A DNA stretch of 63,771 bases, filler included, from Reclinomonas americana ATCC 50394 (Eukaryota): assembly GCA_048213135.1 (NCBI GenBank). It is 4 parts of 2 records of this genome, joined end to end, with 100 filler letters (N's around TTAATTAATTAA, not from the genome) between each part and the next. Parts side by side here need not be neighbours in the genome. Positions count along the whole stretch, not along the records: positions 11,436 to 38,950 come from PS015175.1; 3 more parts are not named here. One strand, written 5' to 3'. Both the position numbers and the translations under genes were made by a program. The notes under the pieces are model-generated. The model was not told the DNA's origin, made no database searches, and saw nothing but the letters and a program-made list of their open reading frames with translations. Below, in pieces: positions 12,006 through 26,126 of the stretch (positions are counted from its first letter, which is position 1; the number at the start of each line of letters is the position of its first letter).

Positions 12006-15000
12006 GCCACTCGCTACGGCAGTGGGCGGGCGACGACCAAAGAACTTTCGCGGTCGCGACCGAAAAGACTCTGGTGCCGGTGGTGGCGATGGCGCTTCAG
12101 TAGCCGCCGGCGGAGGAGGAGGCAGCGCAGCAGCTCCTGCTGGAAAACCCCGTCGCATGCGCGGCAGTGAGGCGGAGGAGGGCGATTTCAGCATGTCGAA
12201 GAAGGAGCGATTCAAGCTCATGAAGAAGCGCGGACCGGCTGCAGTGGGCGTGTCGACGACGGCATCGACGGAGAAGCAGGATCGACGCATCGTGCTCAGT
12301 CAGCACACATCTGTGCGCGAGCTGGCGCGCGGACTCAGTCTCAATGTGAGACACGAGGGAAGGATGGTGATTGATGATTGAGGAGTTGCTTACCAGCGCT
12401 GCGCGCTCCACAGATGAAGGACGTGCGCTCCCTGTTGTCGTCGCTGGACTTTGAGGTCACGGACGAGCATCAGGCGGTGCCGACGCAGATTGCAGAAATG
12501 GCGGCCATTGAGCGCAATGGTTTTTCAATTTGAACGACTTTGTTGTGTCGGCATGGAGTTGCTGAGTGCGCTCTGCAGTGGAACCGGTGCGCTCGGAGGA
12601 GACCATGGAGGATGTGTTGCCGCGTTGGCGTGAGAATGTGGATAAGCCCGAGTTCCCACCGCGTCCACCCATTGTCACGGTGATGGGCCACGTGAATCAC
12701 GGCAAGACCTCGCTTCTCGACACGCTACGGTGTGTGTGCGAGCGAGTGAGTGGTCGGGAGCGTGTTGCCTGTGATTCACTCACCGTTGCTCGGGCAGCAA
12801 AACATCGGTGGCAGCGCACGAAGCCGGAGGCATCACGCAGTCGATTGGCGCTTTTGAAGGTGGGACCACGAAGGCAAGAAGATTGCACCTCCACCGCCCA
12901 CGTTCTCACACGCGTTGATTCTCAGTGAGACTACCAAGCGGCCGCAGTATTACGTTTGTTGACACACCCGGCCACGCCGCCTTTACGAAGATGCGCGCCA
13001 ATGGAGCCAAGGTAGGCGCACGCACTGTGCTTTCTCATACACTGGCACGCTTCTCGCAACTCATGATCTTCTCGTCATTCACTCACTGACTAATCGTCGC
13101 GCACCAACTGAATCCTCTTTGTTAACTCAATTGTTTTCGTCATCAGCTCGTTCTCTTCTTGTCATGTTATTATTCACTCTTTTCTCGTCATCACTCTCTT
13201 CTCGTCACTTACTCTTCTCGTCACTGACTCTTTGCCCTTCGACCACTCTGTCGCACTCCACCTTTTCCCCCTCTCTCTCCTCCGCCATTCTCTCCTCCCT
13301 CCTCCGTCCCTCCTCCGTCCCTCCTCCGTCCCTCCTCCGTCCCTTCATCCGTCCCTCCTCCGTCCTTCACTCCCTCCCTTCCTTCCCCTCCCTTCCCTCC
13401 CTTCCCTCCCTTCCCTCCCTTCCCTCCCTTCCCTCCCTTCCCTCCCNNNNNNNNNNNNNNNNNNNNNNNNNNNNNNNNNNNNNNNNNNNNNNNNNNNNNN
13501 NNNNNNNNNNNNNNNNNNNNNNNNNNNNNNNNNNNNNNNNNNNNNNNNNNNNNNNNNNNNNNNNNNNNNNNNNNNNNNNNNNNNNNNNNNNNNNNNNNNN
13601 NNNNNNNNNNNNNNNNNNNNNNNNNNNNNNNNNNNNNNNNNNNNNNNNNNNNNNNNNNNNNNNNNNNNNNNNNNNNNNNNNNNNNNNNNNNNNNNNNNNN
13701 NNNNNNNNNNNNNNNNNNNNNNNNNNNNNNNNNNNNNNNNNNNNNNNNNNNNNNNNNNNNNNNNNNNNNNNNNNNNNNNNNNNNNNNNNNNNNNNNNNNN
13801 NNNNNNNNNNNNNNNNNNNNNNNNNNNNNNNNNNNNNNNNNNNNNNNNNNNNNNNNNNNNNNNNNNNNNNNNNNNNNNNNNNNNNNNNNNNNNNNNNNNN
13901 NNNNNNNNNNNNNNNNNNNNNNNNNNNNNNNNNNNNNNNNNNNNNNNNNNNNNNNNNNNNNNNNNNNNNNNNNNNNNNNNNNNNNNNNNNNNNNNNNNNN
14001 NNNNNNNNNNNNNNNNNNNNNNNNNNNNNNNNNNNNNNNNNNNNNNNNNNNNNNNNNNNNNNNNNNNNNNNNNNNNNNNNNNNNNNNNNNNNNNNNNNNN
14101 NNNNNNNNNNNNNNNNNNNNNNNNNNNNNNNNNNNNNNNNNNNNNNNNNNNNNNNNNNNNNNNNNNNNNNNNNNNNNNNNNNNNNNNNNNNNNNNNNNNN
14201 NNNNNNNNNNNNNNNNNNNNNNNNNNNNNNNNNNNNNNNNNNNNNNNNNNNNNNNNNNNNNNNNNNNNNNNNNNNNNNNNNNNNNNNNNNNNNNNNNNNN
14301 NNNNNNNNNCCCCTCAATCTCCCCCTCCCTCCCCACCATTGCAGGTCACCGACATTGTGTTGCTGATGGTCGCCGCCGACGACGGCGTTATGCCGCAAAC
14401 ACTGGAGGCCATTAATCACGCCAAGGCGGCCCAGGTGCCGATGATTGTCGTAGTGAACAAGGTCGACAAGCCCGGCGTGAACCCGCAGGTTGGTGGCACC
14501 CCTTTTTTTTACTTTCTCCCTCTCCCTCCACCCAATACGCCTTCTCCGACCTTGCGCAGAAAATTGTGGAGCAGCTGTTGCAGCATGGCATCATTACGGA
14601 AAAGTTTGGTGGCGACATTCAAGTGGCCAACGTGTCGGCCACAAAGGGCATCGGCATCAAGGAACTGGAAGACAGTTGAGCTTCTTCTCACCCCTCTTTC
14701 TCTCTCCTCGCCAATGGCACTCATCCCCGAAAAATCAATGCAGTCATTCTGCTGCAGAGTGAAGTCATGGACCTGACGGCGCGCGTCGACTGCAACCCCG
14801 AAGGCACCGTGCTTGAGTCGCGACTGGATCGCGGACTCGGCCCGGCGGCCTCGGTGATTGTGCGGTGCGGCAAGCTGACCGTGGGCGCACATGTGGTGGT
14901 CGGCTCGACGTGGGGACGCATTCGTACGATGCACGCACCGGGCGGTGCGACTCTGGAGGAGGCCGGCCCATCCATTCCTGTGGAGATCTTTGGTCTGCGC

Positions 15001-16106
15001 GGCCTGCCCGAGTCGGGCGCCGAGCTGATTGTGGTGCCCGACGAGGCCACCGCCAAGAGAATATCTGACGCCAGACATCTGCGGAGCAGCACTGTCGAGG
15101 CTCGCCGCAAGGGCGACGAAGCTCCGGGCGTGGCTGCTGCTGCCGCTGCCGCCGCGGCAGAGGCCGCAGGTGAGGAGGGTGGTGTGCACGTTGCGGCACC
15201 GGTGATCAAGGAAGGTGAGAGTGATTTGTCCTCTGCATTTCCCGTCATCTCCTCAAATCACCGCGTTGCAGCCTCGGTGGTCGTCAAGGCCGACGTGGCT
15301 GGCTCGCTGGATGCCATTCTCGGCTCGATTGCCAAGCTGCCGTCGGATGTTGCGTGGACGCATGCGCGCGTGCGCACACCACTCATGTAACTCACCTTGC
15401 GCGTTAATCGATTGCAGGAGGTGCGACTAAAGGTGGTACACGCCGGCGTCGGACCCATTTCCGAATCCGACCTCAACCTCGCTGCCATCTCCGGCAAGTC
15501 GCTGGTTGTCGGCTTCAACGTCCGTGCCTCCAGTGTCGTTCTCGATCAGGTGTGTGAGAGAGCGACGAATGCAAGATGCAATTCCAGCTCTTCTCACCCC
15601 CATCGCCTCCTCGCAGGCACGTCGCATGGGCCTTCCCGTGCGCACCTATCGCGTCATCTACGAGCTGATGAGCGACCTGAAGGACCAGCTGTCCGACATG
15701 CTCGAGCCGGCCACCGAGGAGGTGGTGCTCGGACAGGCCGAGGTCCTCAAGCTCTTCGACATCAAGGTCAAGAAGGGCAAGGTCAGTTTTCCCGCCACTC
15801 CTCCCCGTTTCACGCCCTGCTGCAGCTGCTCATGTCCCTCGTCAGGTCACCGTGGCCGGCTGCCGAGTACTAGAAGGAAGCATCCAGCGCAACGCAGCCG
15901 CCATTCGCATTGTCCGCGACGGGCGGGTGGTGATCACGGGCGCCGCACTGTCGGATTTGCGCGTACACAAGGAGTCGGTGGACGCGGTGAGCCGCGGCGC
16001 CGAGTGCGGTCTCGCCGTCGAAGACTTTAGCGACTGGCGCGTCGGCGATCGCATCGAGGCCATTGAGCTGCGCCACGTCAAGCGCACAATCAAAGCCGAC
16101 GTTTGA
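12006..16106 (+). CDS. MTIF2: Organellar (mitochondrial-type) translation initiation factor IF2, 5' truncated
   Basis: [71 protein letters not shown] across about 11 exons. Confidence 0.93.
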
Positions 16107-16168
16107 TGATGATAAAAACAAAAGCAACTTGTCCTCGTCCCATTGTTTTGTTTCGAGTCGGTGTGTCC

Positions 16169-19100
16169 ATGGAGACATCACCGTTTGACGCTGCCATTGC
16201 GCAGCTGCTTGCCTATCGCACACAAGCCGACAATGAGATCGCGCAGCTGCGACGCGAAGTGGTCAGTCAATCTCTGCGCGCCCTCGCTCACTGTCTCTCA
16301 CTCACTGACTCACACGCTCAGCGCACACTGAGTGAGCACAACGACACACTCACCACCGACAATGTGTCTCTCACTCGGCGTCTGCATGAGGCACTGGAGG
16401 AGATTGCACAAATGAAGACTGCAGCACAAGCAGCGCAAGCAGTGAGCAGCAACACGAGTGAAACGCGACGAGTGCGACGACGGGGTGCGGGCGAGGAGAC
16501 TGGAGGGAATGAGGGAGCTGGAGAGCGAGGAGGAGAACGAGCAGGTGTTGTTGTTCCACAGCATGTGCGCTCTCCGTCGCATCCGGAGCCCGTGCAGCAG
16601 CGTGTTGCTGTGAGCAGTGAGGATGAGGACGATGAGGAGGATGTGGGGCGATCGTGGTTTGATCGCGCGATGGTTTGTCATCTTGTTTTTCTCCTCCGCG
16701 CTGTTCGTCCTCGTCTTCTCGTTGTGGGTGTTCTTCGTCTCTTTTTCTTTTTCTACTCATGCTCTTTTCTTTAGTCTTCTACTCCTCCCCGTTCGTCATC
16801 GTCTTCATTGTCATGTTCTTCTTCTTTCTCCTCCTCCTCCTCCGCCTCCTCCTCCTTCCTCTCCTCCCCATTCGGCCTCTTCCTCTCTCTGCTTCGGGGC
16901 GATCGTGGTTTGATCGTGCGATGGTTTGTCATTTTGTTTTTCTCCTCCGCGCTGTTCGTCCTCGTCTTCTCGTTGTGGGTGTTCTTCGTCTCCTTGTCAC
17001 TTCCTCATCTTGCTCTTTTCTTTAGTCTTCTACTCCTCCTCCCCGTTCGTCATCGTCTTCATTGTCATGTTCTTCTTCTTTCTCCTCCTCCTCCTCCTCC
17101 TTCACCTCCTTCCCCTCGTCCTCCTCCTTTTCTTCCCTCTCCTCGGCCTGCTCCTTCTCGTCGACTCATTGCCTGCATCCATACACAGGCAATTCCGTCA
17201 TCGCCACAAAAGAAGACGCAAGTTGCGCGCGCGTTTTTCTTTATTTTGCTGTTGTCTTCAATCTCATCACTGCGGCCATAGAGACCGACGTCCACGCCGA
17301 ATCGGCAGGTGAGCTGCGAGTGTCGCGCGTCCCTGTGCTGAGTGAGAGTGCTGACTGGTGGGGCAGTCGCATGTAGTGCATCGAACGTCGGCGATCCCGG
17401 CTCAGAGCAGTCCGCCTTCTGCGCCGCGGGTGCGAGGAGGGACTTGTGCATCACCGCATTGTTGTTGTTGTCGTTGCTACTCACAGCTCGTGCACAGGCC
17501 ACATATGTGCCGAAAGCCTACATTCCTCGTGGCTCCACTCCCGGCAGTGAAATTCCCGTGGTGCGTCTGTGTTTGCGTGACTCCCTCGCCTCGTTTTCTC
17601 CTTCTCACCTCCCTCTGTCGCAGTCAACGGACGAGGAGACTCGTGCCAGCATGGTACTCGCCCCTCCTCTTGCTTCGTGGCCAGTCTCGACACTCTTTCT
17701 CACTCTCTCTGCAGGCCTCAAGCCCACCGCCTCGCCCAGTCCGATCGGTGGTGTGTGGGAGAGGAGCACTTTCAATGCTGTCCACGCCACTCGTCTCATG
17801 ATGTTCACTGCACAGAAACCGGGAATGACACCATCCAACATTCCGCGGGTGTGGCTTGTGTGCTGCTTTTCGAAAGTCTGCGTGTGCATTCCTCATCCGT
17901 TGCGTTGCAGCTGGCGTCGCCGCCTTCGCGAACACCGGAGAGAAGCAAGGTGCGTTCTTCCATGTTTGGTAGCAAAGGGTGCATGTCATTCAACTCACCA
18001 CGATTGATGTGCAGTCGGCTGGCGCCTCGCCACGAACGCGTTCCTCCCTCGGGCAGGTCGAATCGGTACGCGGCTTTACCCTCCTCTTACCCCTCTCGCC
18101 ACTCGCCATTCTCACTCTCCATCGGCCTGCAGCCTCCAGTGACCAACGGAGCAGGCATCAAGAGTCCACCGTCGCAGGAGCGGTCGCGGGTTCGCTTTGC
18201 AGCGTGTCTTATCCACACGGTGCCTGATTCCCTCACACACAAATTGTATTCCTCAACAGTCGCAAGTTCGTGCCTCGATCGGAAGCGACAAGTCGTCGCC
18301 GGCTGCCGGACCGACGGTGTGTGCATGCGTGTGCTAAATGCGCCTTCACCCGATTCTAGTCTCACCCCACTTCCTCACAGTCGTCACTGACGCGCGCCAC
18401 CAGCAGCAGCGCGGCAAAGGTTTCCTTCACGGCCCGACATTGCGAGTTGCTCTCTCCACAATCCATCACCTAACTTTTTCCGCGCACAGGCTGCGACGGC
18501 GGCATCTCAATCGACTCGTCCCAGCACCACACCGAGCTCCGCAGTCAATGCTGCCTCCGCAGCAGCCGCCGCCTCGGCCACGACGGCAAGCACTCCGACT
18601 GGGAAATCGGGCAAGCGTATTGTAAAGGTTATGGTGCGACCCCGCAGCATGTCTGGTGTCACATTTCCGGCTTCCGCGCTCACATGCTGGTGTGTTGCGT
18701 AGCGTGTTGTCAAACGAAGTCAGGGCGAGCAAGATGGACAGGCGGTGCTGTCGCCATCGGCGTCGACAGCCCAAACACCGCCGACGGCTTCGACGGTATT
18801 GTGTTGCACATTGCTGCACCTCATCCTCGTTCACGTCGCTTATTTGCATCGCCTACAGCCCGTGTCATCGTCGGCCTTGTCGAGCGCGTCACCACCAGTT
18901 CGATCGCCGGAAATGCCCGTCATTGCCGATGGCGTGAGTGAGGACGGTTCGCCAGTCAAACTCATTGTGGTGCGTGTGTGTGTGTCTGCATCTCGTCTCC
19001 TCGCCGGGTGGATGTCCAAGCCTCACTCTCATGGCATCGCAGTCGCCCACCTCCACCATGCCTGGCAGTGATGTTGCGTCGGCACTCGTCCACTCCTTCT

Positions 19101-19799
19101 CGCAAAGCACGCCTCTCGCTCACTCGTGTGGACGCAGATTGTCTCCATGCACGACGTGCTGATGGAAGACGTGCGTTGGAGCTGCTGCTGTCGCTACTCA
19201 CCGTAAGTACTCACCTCTCTCCTCTCCCCCGCACAGTCACCCCCTCACCCGGCCGCGGAACAGCGCGTGCGGAGATCGTCGGGGGGAGCACGTCGCTCCA
19301 GTGCCGTCTCACAGTCGCAATCTGGAGCGGATTCACCGGCATCGGCGTCGGCCGCCTCGGTGACCGACGACGGAGTCGCCTCCGGCAACGACTCGCCCTC
19401 CTCCGGCCGAGCACGTGTCGTGCGCAAAAAGTTGGTTCGTCGCGTGAGCGCGACCACGCTGTCCACAACGGCGGCCACCACCGTTGCCGACGGATTGCTG
19501 CGAGGCATGTCAGAGGACGTCAAGCCAAGTTCGGCCTCCAGCGACGGCGAGAGCGATGTCGGTGGATCGGCAACGGCTGCCGGCGCAACGGCGACCACAC
19601 CAGTGTCGGCAACCGACGATGGTGCTAGACAAGGCGACGTGCAGCAGCAACAGCAGCAGCAGCGCCGACAGCGGACCGAGAGGGTGAGGGAGCGGTGAGC
19701 TGCAAGACAACTCATTTGTCATCTCACTCATCTCGTGTGTGTGCGTGCGTACAGCCCTCAATGTCGCGGTCTCGGGCACCGCAGCAGCCGGCGAGCTGA
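16169..19799 (+). CDS. Multi-exon protein with N-terminal coiled coil and long S/P/T-rich disordered region
   Basis: METSPFDAAIAQLLAYRTQADNEIAQLRREV|RTLSEHN... followed by many short GT-AG exons; internal structure uncertain. Confidence 0.55.
16644..17110. repeat. ~250-bp direct tandem duplication, probably intronic
   Basis: GGGGCGATCGTGGTTTGATCG.GCGATGGTTTGTCAT... starts at ~16645 and again at ~16896. Confidence 0.9.
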
Positions 19800-19920
19800 G
19801 CTGCGACATCATTTTTGCCGCAGTCAACCACTTCTTTACCACGTGAATGCCACAAGTAAAACATAATGCAGACGACATTGTTTCGCAAATGGTCTTTTTC
19901 CCCATGGATATATAATACTC

Positions 19921-21105
19921 TCACGTCACGACGGCAAGATCAGCAAGAGCCTCGGTGGCCAGTACGTACGTGGTGACAAACGCAAACGCGTCCAGAGTTA
20001 TCGACTTGACGAACGACAAGGCCGAGAGCACCGGCAGCGTCCATCGCAACACGGTGAGCCACGGAGCAATCGTTCTGTCGAGTGGCGTGTGAGAGACGAG
20101 AGAGACGAGGCAAAGAGAGAGCGGCAGAGGCATAACGCACTTTAGCAAGTCCGCAATCGCCTTGTTGGCCTGCGCGGCCGCCGCCGACTCCTCGCTCTCC
20201 TGCTCGCCCACGCTTTGCGACTTCTGCAACGCCTGCAACCTCCTGCTCTCCAACGCCGGTCTCTTCTCGCACCACACGGCGCACCGTCGTGCCACCGCCA
20301 GCAGCACAGCCACCACAATCGCCACGGCCTCCGCGCTCACCAGCACAGCCACTGGCGACGCGGGCGACGCATCCAGCAGCACAAACTGCGCCAGCGCGAC
20401 CAACACAGCGAGGGCGATCATGGCTGCGGGCCGCCATCGCTCCCACCGGCGTGTCCACGCGGTCAGCAGCGCAGACCATGGTTCCGTCGGTCGCCGACGC
20501 GGCAGAGGGATTGGTGGTCCATCGGCGACCGCAGGAAAGGCGCGTGCGGATGGGGAGAGTGGCGTTCGCGGTGTTTCGACGACGGAGGGTGTGGATGACT
20601 CTGCAGCAGCTGCACCAGCTTTCTCAGGAGGGAAGCTGTGTGTTGTTTCCATTGTTGTTGTGGTCGTTGTTGTCAATGCGGGAGAGATCAGTGGTGTTTG
20701 TGGTGGCGTGTCGACAACGGGTGGTGTGGAGGGGACAGGCGGGAAGGGCGACACTGCGTCGTCGCCGAGTCTCTCAACAGTCATTGGCGAGGAGGGTGCC
20801 ACGCGTCCTGGAGAGACAGAAAGAAACGCGCAAATGCATCAGTCGTCGTCGATCAAAGAGATGCGATCACAGAGAGAGAGAGAGAGAGAGAGAGCACTCG
20901 TTCTCTCTGCACGTGTGTGTGTGTGTGTTAGTGTGTGCGCACCAGTGAGAATGTCCATTCGGCGATCGGCATTCTGCAGCACTCGTTCTCTTCGTCGAGC
21001 ACGCAGCACTGCTTCTCGTTCGACCGATGACAGGCGCTTGAGAGTGGCTTCTGTGCCTGGTGTGAGCACAATGGGTGACTCGGGTACGTCGTCGGCACTG
21101 CTCAT
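19921..21105 (-). CDS. GET2/CAML-like tail-anchored protein insertion receptor
   Basis: N-terminal REAVLRARRRERVLQNADRRMDILTG motif, disordered linker, C-terminal hydrophobic helices. Confidence 0.7.
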
Positions 21106-21415
21106 GAAGACGGAGGAAGAGAGGAAGACGAGTTGTCCTGCGAGGTGAGGTTCGAATTCGCATCTCTCAGACGTTTGCTCGGGGAGAGAGAGTGCTTGCA
21201 CAGGAAGACGTGCGGATGGATGGATCTACTATACATGCAGCAACAACGGTTTCGAATTCATTCTTCACTTGCTTGCATGCATGCATCGACGCAGCCCGGT
21301 GACGTCTTCACACATCATACATCGCACACGGGCGCGCGCACAGGCACAAACATGCAGGGGAGAGAGCGTATCCACCGCAGCGCGCAAGAAGCAAAACAAA
21401 GGGGAGCCGGATCAA

Positions 21416-22402
21416 TTACGGCGAGTAGGTAATGTCGAAGGCGACTTCGTTGTGGCGGTCGAAGATCGTGAACGGCTGAGGAGAGGAGAAGGCAAAGTGA
21501 GTACACGGTGAGCAGCAAAGCATGCTCTTTCTTCCATCCACACATACACACTCACCGAGTCGTAGCCCATGAACGAGTACTGCAGGATCGGGGAACAGCA
21601 TTTGTCAGCTCAGCTGCAGGAGAAGCTCGACAAGCAGCAACACGCAGACGCAACGACATTGGGGCCCTCGACCGGCGTCAGGTTCTTCTCGTGCAGGATG
21701 TTGAGGAGATCCTGCAGCTGACCGACAATGTCGTCGAACTTGGACACACGTCCGCCAAACTGCAGCACCGCGCGGACCACAGCCGGATCACGTGCGATAA
21801 ACACATTGGGGTTCTTGCTGCCGGGCTGCGGCGCCTGCTTGTTGCCGTTCTGATAGTCGTAGCCAAAGTAGAAGGACTCCTGGAAGAAGCTCTTGCATGT
21901 CGGGCCTTGTCCCGGCACCACCTTGACGAGCACCGGCGCCTCCATCGGCACCTTCTCCGAGTCAATGTAGCGGAACAGCACATCAAAGCCTAGCGGTGAT
22001 CATATCATCGTCTACAGTAAGCATCATCATATGGACAGGGGTTCGAGGGGTGGGGGGAGAGGTCTTGTCACCTTCGGTGAGGGCCTTGCCAAAGTCAATG
22101 TCGGTGACATTGGTGCGCGACCACATGGCCGCGTCGTACTGGCGGATCTCAAAGTTGGGGTACTTGGGGTCGGTGGCCAGCACTGTGTAGACGGGGCAGT
22201 CGAGGCCGTGGCAGAACTTGGGTGGGGTGAAGGGATTGTCTGTGTTTGTTGGACAATGAGTCAGACAAAGAGTCGACTGATGCAGAGAGACGGGGAGAGA
22301 GAGGGAGAGAGAGAGAGAGAGAGAGGACGCACGTTGCGCAGTCGCGGCACAGATGCACGCGGTGGCGAGGAGCAAGAGGGCGAGGAGAGTTGCTGAGCGC
22401 AT
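21416..22402 (-). CDS. Secreted SOUL heme-binding family protein
   Basis: Signal peptide; FCHGLDCPVYTV, FEIRQYDAAMW, LFRYI..VPMEAPV, GYDS|PFTIFDRHNEV. Confidence 0.88.
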
Positions 22403-22602
22403 TGTGTGTTTTCGTTCTTTTTTTCCTTCCTGCTTGGCACAAAAACCAGTGTGTCAGCGAACATCTCAGGAGAGACAGACAGACAGACAAGCGCGTGTTG
22501 CAGTGCTTGTCTGATTGCGTGTATGTGCNNNNNNNNNNNNNNNNNNNNTTCCCCCCTCTCCCTTCCCCCTATTTTCCCCTCACCCTTTTCCTCCCCACGC
22601 AG

Positions 22603-23045
22603 CCCTGGTGTGGCAGATGATGCGCTACCACTTGGTGGCCTCGATCAAGAAGCTCTCGCAGGGCGGCCGCGACATCACCGACGCGGAGATCCTCGCATGG
22701 GCCAACGGCAAGGTGCGCTCCAAGGGCAAGAGCTCGTCGATTGCGAGCCTGAGCGACCCGACGGTCGCCAATGGCCGCTTCCTCCTCGACCTGTGCGACT
22801 CTCTGGCCCCTGGCATTGTCAACTACGACATTATCAAGGAGGGCAGCAACGACGAGGAGCGCCAGATGAACGCCAAGTACGCCATCTCGGTGGCGCGCGC
22901 CATGGGCGTGCTGCTCTTCACCGTGTGGGAGGACCTGGTCGACTGCAACCCCAAGATGGTGCTCTCGTACCTGGCCTCGCTCATGCTCTTCGAGAAGCAG
23001 GGCGGTGCGGAGCCGGAGGGTGCCTCGGGTTCGGGCTCACATTAA
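22603..23045 (+). CDS. Plastin/fimbrin last exon (CH4), on a contig inverted relative to the rest of the gene
   Basis: (A)LVWQMMRYH...ILAWANGKV...NAKYAISVARAMG..WEDLVDCNPKMVL; phase matches the donor at 24688. Confidence 0.92.
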
Positions 23046-24688
23046 GGAGTGCATGCGGTGGAGGCGGCGTGATGGGGCGTGCTCGTCCGCGGCCTTTTTG
23101 TATAACTCCTTTACCTACAACTACCTTCTTTTTTATGTAGTTTTTCCTCTCTTTGTGCTTTTTTTCTTCTCTGCAGCGACCCCTCCATTCTTGTAACCAC
23201 CAGTTCCCCTGCCAGAAACACAACAGAAGAAGAATGGATGGATGGAGGATGCTTGTGTGACCATGATTGATTCCCTTTTTTTTATATTCATTGCTGGCTG
23301 TCTACTAACATGCTTTGTAACTCCACGAAGCTCCGTCGTTTTGCGTCACTCTTTTTATTTGTTGTCTCCGGTGAGCCATGGTTGTCACCNNNNNNNNNNN
23401 NNNNNNNNNNNNNNNNNNNNNNNNNNNNNNNNNNNNNNNNNNNNNNNNNNNNNNNNNNNNNNNNNNNNNNNNNNNNNNNNNNNNNNNNNNNNNNNNNNNN
23501 NNNNNNNNNNNNNNNNNNNNNNNNNNNNNNNNNNNNNNNNNNNNNNNNNNNNNNNNNNNNNNNNNNNNNNNNNNNNNNNNNNNNNNNNNNNNNNNNNNNN
23601 NNNNNNNNNNNNNNNNNNNNNNNNNNNNNNNNNNNNNNNNNNNNNNNNNNNNNNNNNNNNNNNNNNNNNNNNNNNNNNNNNNNNNNNNNNNNNNNNNNNN
23701 NNNNNNNNNNNNNNNNNNNNNNNNNNNNNNNNNNNNNNNNNNNNNNNNNNNNNNNNNNNNNNNNNNNNNNNNNNNNNNNNNNNNNNNNNNNNNNNNNNNN
23801 NNNNNNNNNNNNNNNNNNNNNNNNNNNNNNNNNNNNNNNNNNNNNNNNNNNNNNNNNNNNNNNNNNNNNNNNNNNNNNNNNNNNNNNNNNNNNNNNNNNN
23901 NNNNNNNNNNNNNNNNNNNNNNNNNNNNNNNNNNNNNNNNNNNNNNNNNNNNNNNNNNNNNNNNNNNNNNNNNNNNNNNNNNNNNNNNNNNNNNNNNNNN
24001 NNNNNNNNNNNNNNNNNNNNNNNNNNNNNNNNNNNNNNNNNNNNNNNNNNNNNNNNNNNNNNNNNNNNNNNNNNNNNNNNNNNNNNNNNNNNNNNNNNNN
24101 NNNNNNNNNNNNNNNNNNNNNNNNNNNNNNNNNNNNNNNNNNNNNNNNNNNNNNNNNNNNNNNNNNNNNNNNNNNNNNNNNNNNNNNNNNNNNNNNNNNN
24201 NNNNNNNNNNNNNNNNNNNNNNNNNNNNNNNNNNNNNNNNNNNNNNNNNNNNNNNGGGAGGGAAAGGGGGGAGGGAAAGGGGGAGGAAGGGGAAGGGGGA
24301 AGGAAAAAGGGGAAGGAAAAAGGGGAAGGATAAGGGAAGGAAGGAGAGGGAAGAAGGGCGGAGAGTGACACGGGAGCGATTGAGAAATGAAAGAATGCAA
24401 GAAGGAATGAAGGAAAGAAAAAGAAAAAAGAAGGGAAGCAGTAAAGAAGGAAAGAAGGAAAGAAGGAAAGAAAGAAGAAAGAAAGAAGAAAGAAAAGACA
24501 AAAGGATAGCAGAGGAGGGAGGGAAGCAACGAATACGAAATCACTGAGAGGTTTAGAGATGGAGAGGCAGAAGAGGAGACAGAGAAAGTGTGTGTGACGA
24601 CAGTGAGAATGAAGGCAGGCAAAACACGGGAGGAGGAACGAGAAAGCAAGAATGCCTTTGCCTAAACCTCCCCTCCCAAGACACTCAC

Positions 24689-25235
24689 CAAGAATGAGCT
24701 TGCGGTTGCCCTGCGCGATATCAGCACCGTCAATGCCGACCAGAGAGAACTTGAGCGACTTGCCAATGCTGACAGCGTAGTTGCAGTTCTCGCCCTTCTG
24801 GAACACCATGCGCGGGTTCATCGTCACGCGCTTCCAGTCCACACTGCCCGGCGCAATCTTGTCAAACGCCTTGAGCAGCAGGATGCCGTCCTTGACGTCC
24901 TCGTACAGGTTGTTGACCTCGAAGCCCAGGTTCTGCAGCCAGAAGCGGTAGGCGCGCTCCTCACGAGTGCCCTCCGAATCGAAATCCAGCAGATCGGCAA
25001 ACGCGCGCAGCGTCTCCTCATCCGGCGGGTCGAGGGCCGGATGGTTGTTGAAGAGGTTGGCGACAAAGGCCAAGTTCAGCTTGGCATTGCCGCGCACAAT
25101 ATCCCTGGCCGTCACGAACTTGCGGCACTCAATGCGCGCAGCGTTCTCCAGCACACCCTCGGCACGGGTTTCCAGGTCCACAATCTCCAGGGGGTGCTGG
25201 TCGCACACGCCGCGGGAGATTTGCGAGAGGAGGAT
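24689..25235 (-). CDS. Plastin/fimbrin internal exon (CH2-CH3)
   Basis: KFVTARDIVRGNAKLNLAFVANLFNNHPAL..EGTREERAYRFW..ENCNYAVSIGKSLKFSLVGIDGADIAQGNRKLIL. Confidence 0.95.
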
Positions 25236-26077
25236 CTGTAAAGGGGGAGAGAGGAGAAGGTGAGCATAGGGGAGGGAGAGGGGAACAAGGGGAAAGGGAA
25301 AGGGAGGGAGAAGGAAAGGGAGGGAGAGGGAGGGAGAGAAGGAAAGGGAAGGAGAATTAGAGAGGAGAGAGGTGAGAGGACAAGACAGAGGCGAGAGGAG
25401 ATGAGAGAGGGGAAAAGGGAAAATGGAAGGAGAAGGGAAAGGGAGAAAGGAGGGAGGAAGAAGATAGGAGAGGAGAGAACAGAGCGAGGAGGGGAAGAGG
25501 AGTGAGGAGAGAGGAGAGGGGAGGAGAGGAGAGGAGGGAGTGAGAAGAAGCTGCCTTCAAGCAGGCCGTGAAACGCACTCAGCGGCCCTTCCCCCCCCCC
25601 NNNNNNNNNNNNNNNNNNNNNNNNNNNNNNNNNNNNNNNNNNNNNNNNNNNNNNNNNNNNNNNNNNNNNNNNNNNNNNNNNNNNNNNNNNNNNNNNNNNN
25701 NNNNNNNNNNNNNNNNNNNNNNNNNNNNNNNNNNNNNNNNNNNNNNNNNNNNNNNNNNNNNNNNNNNNNNNNNNNNNNNNNNNNNNNNNNNNNNNNNNNN
25801 NNNNNNNNNNNNNNNNNNNNNNNNNNNNNNNNNNNNNNNNNNNNNNNNNNNNNNNNNNNNNNNNNNNNNNNNNNNNNNNNNNNNNNNNNNNNNNNNNNNN
25901 NNNNNNNNNNNNNNNNNNNNNNNNNNNNNNNNNNNNNNNNNNNNNNNNNNNNNNNNNNNNNNNNNNNNNNNNNNNNNNNNNNNNNNNNNNNNNNNNNNNN
26001 NNNNNNNNNNNNNNNNNNNNNNNNNNNNNNNNNNNNNNNNNNNNNNNNNNNNNNNNNNNNNNNNNNNGTAACGAACG

Positions 26078-26126
<49 letters not shown>

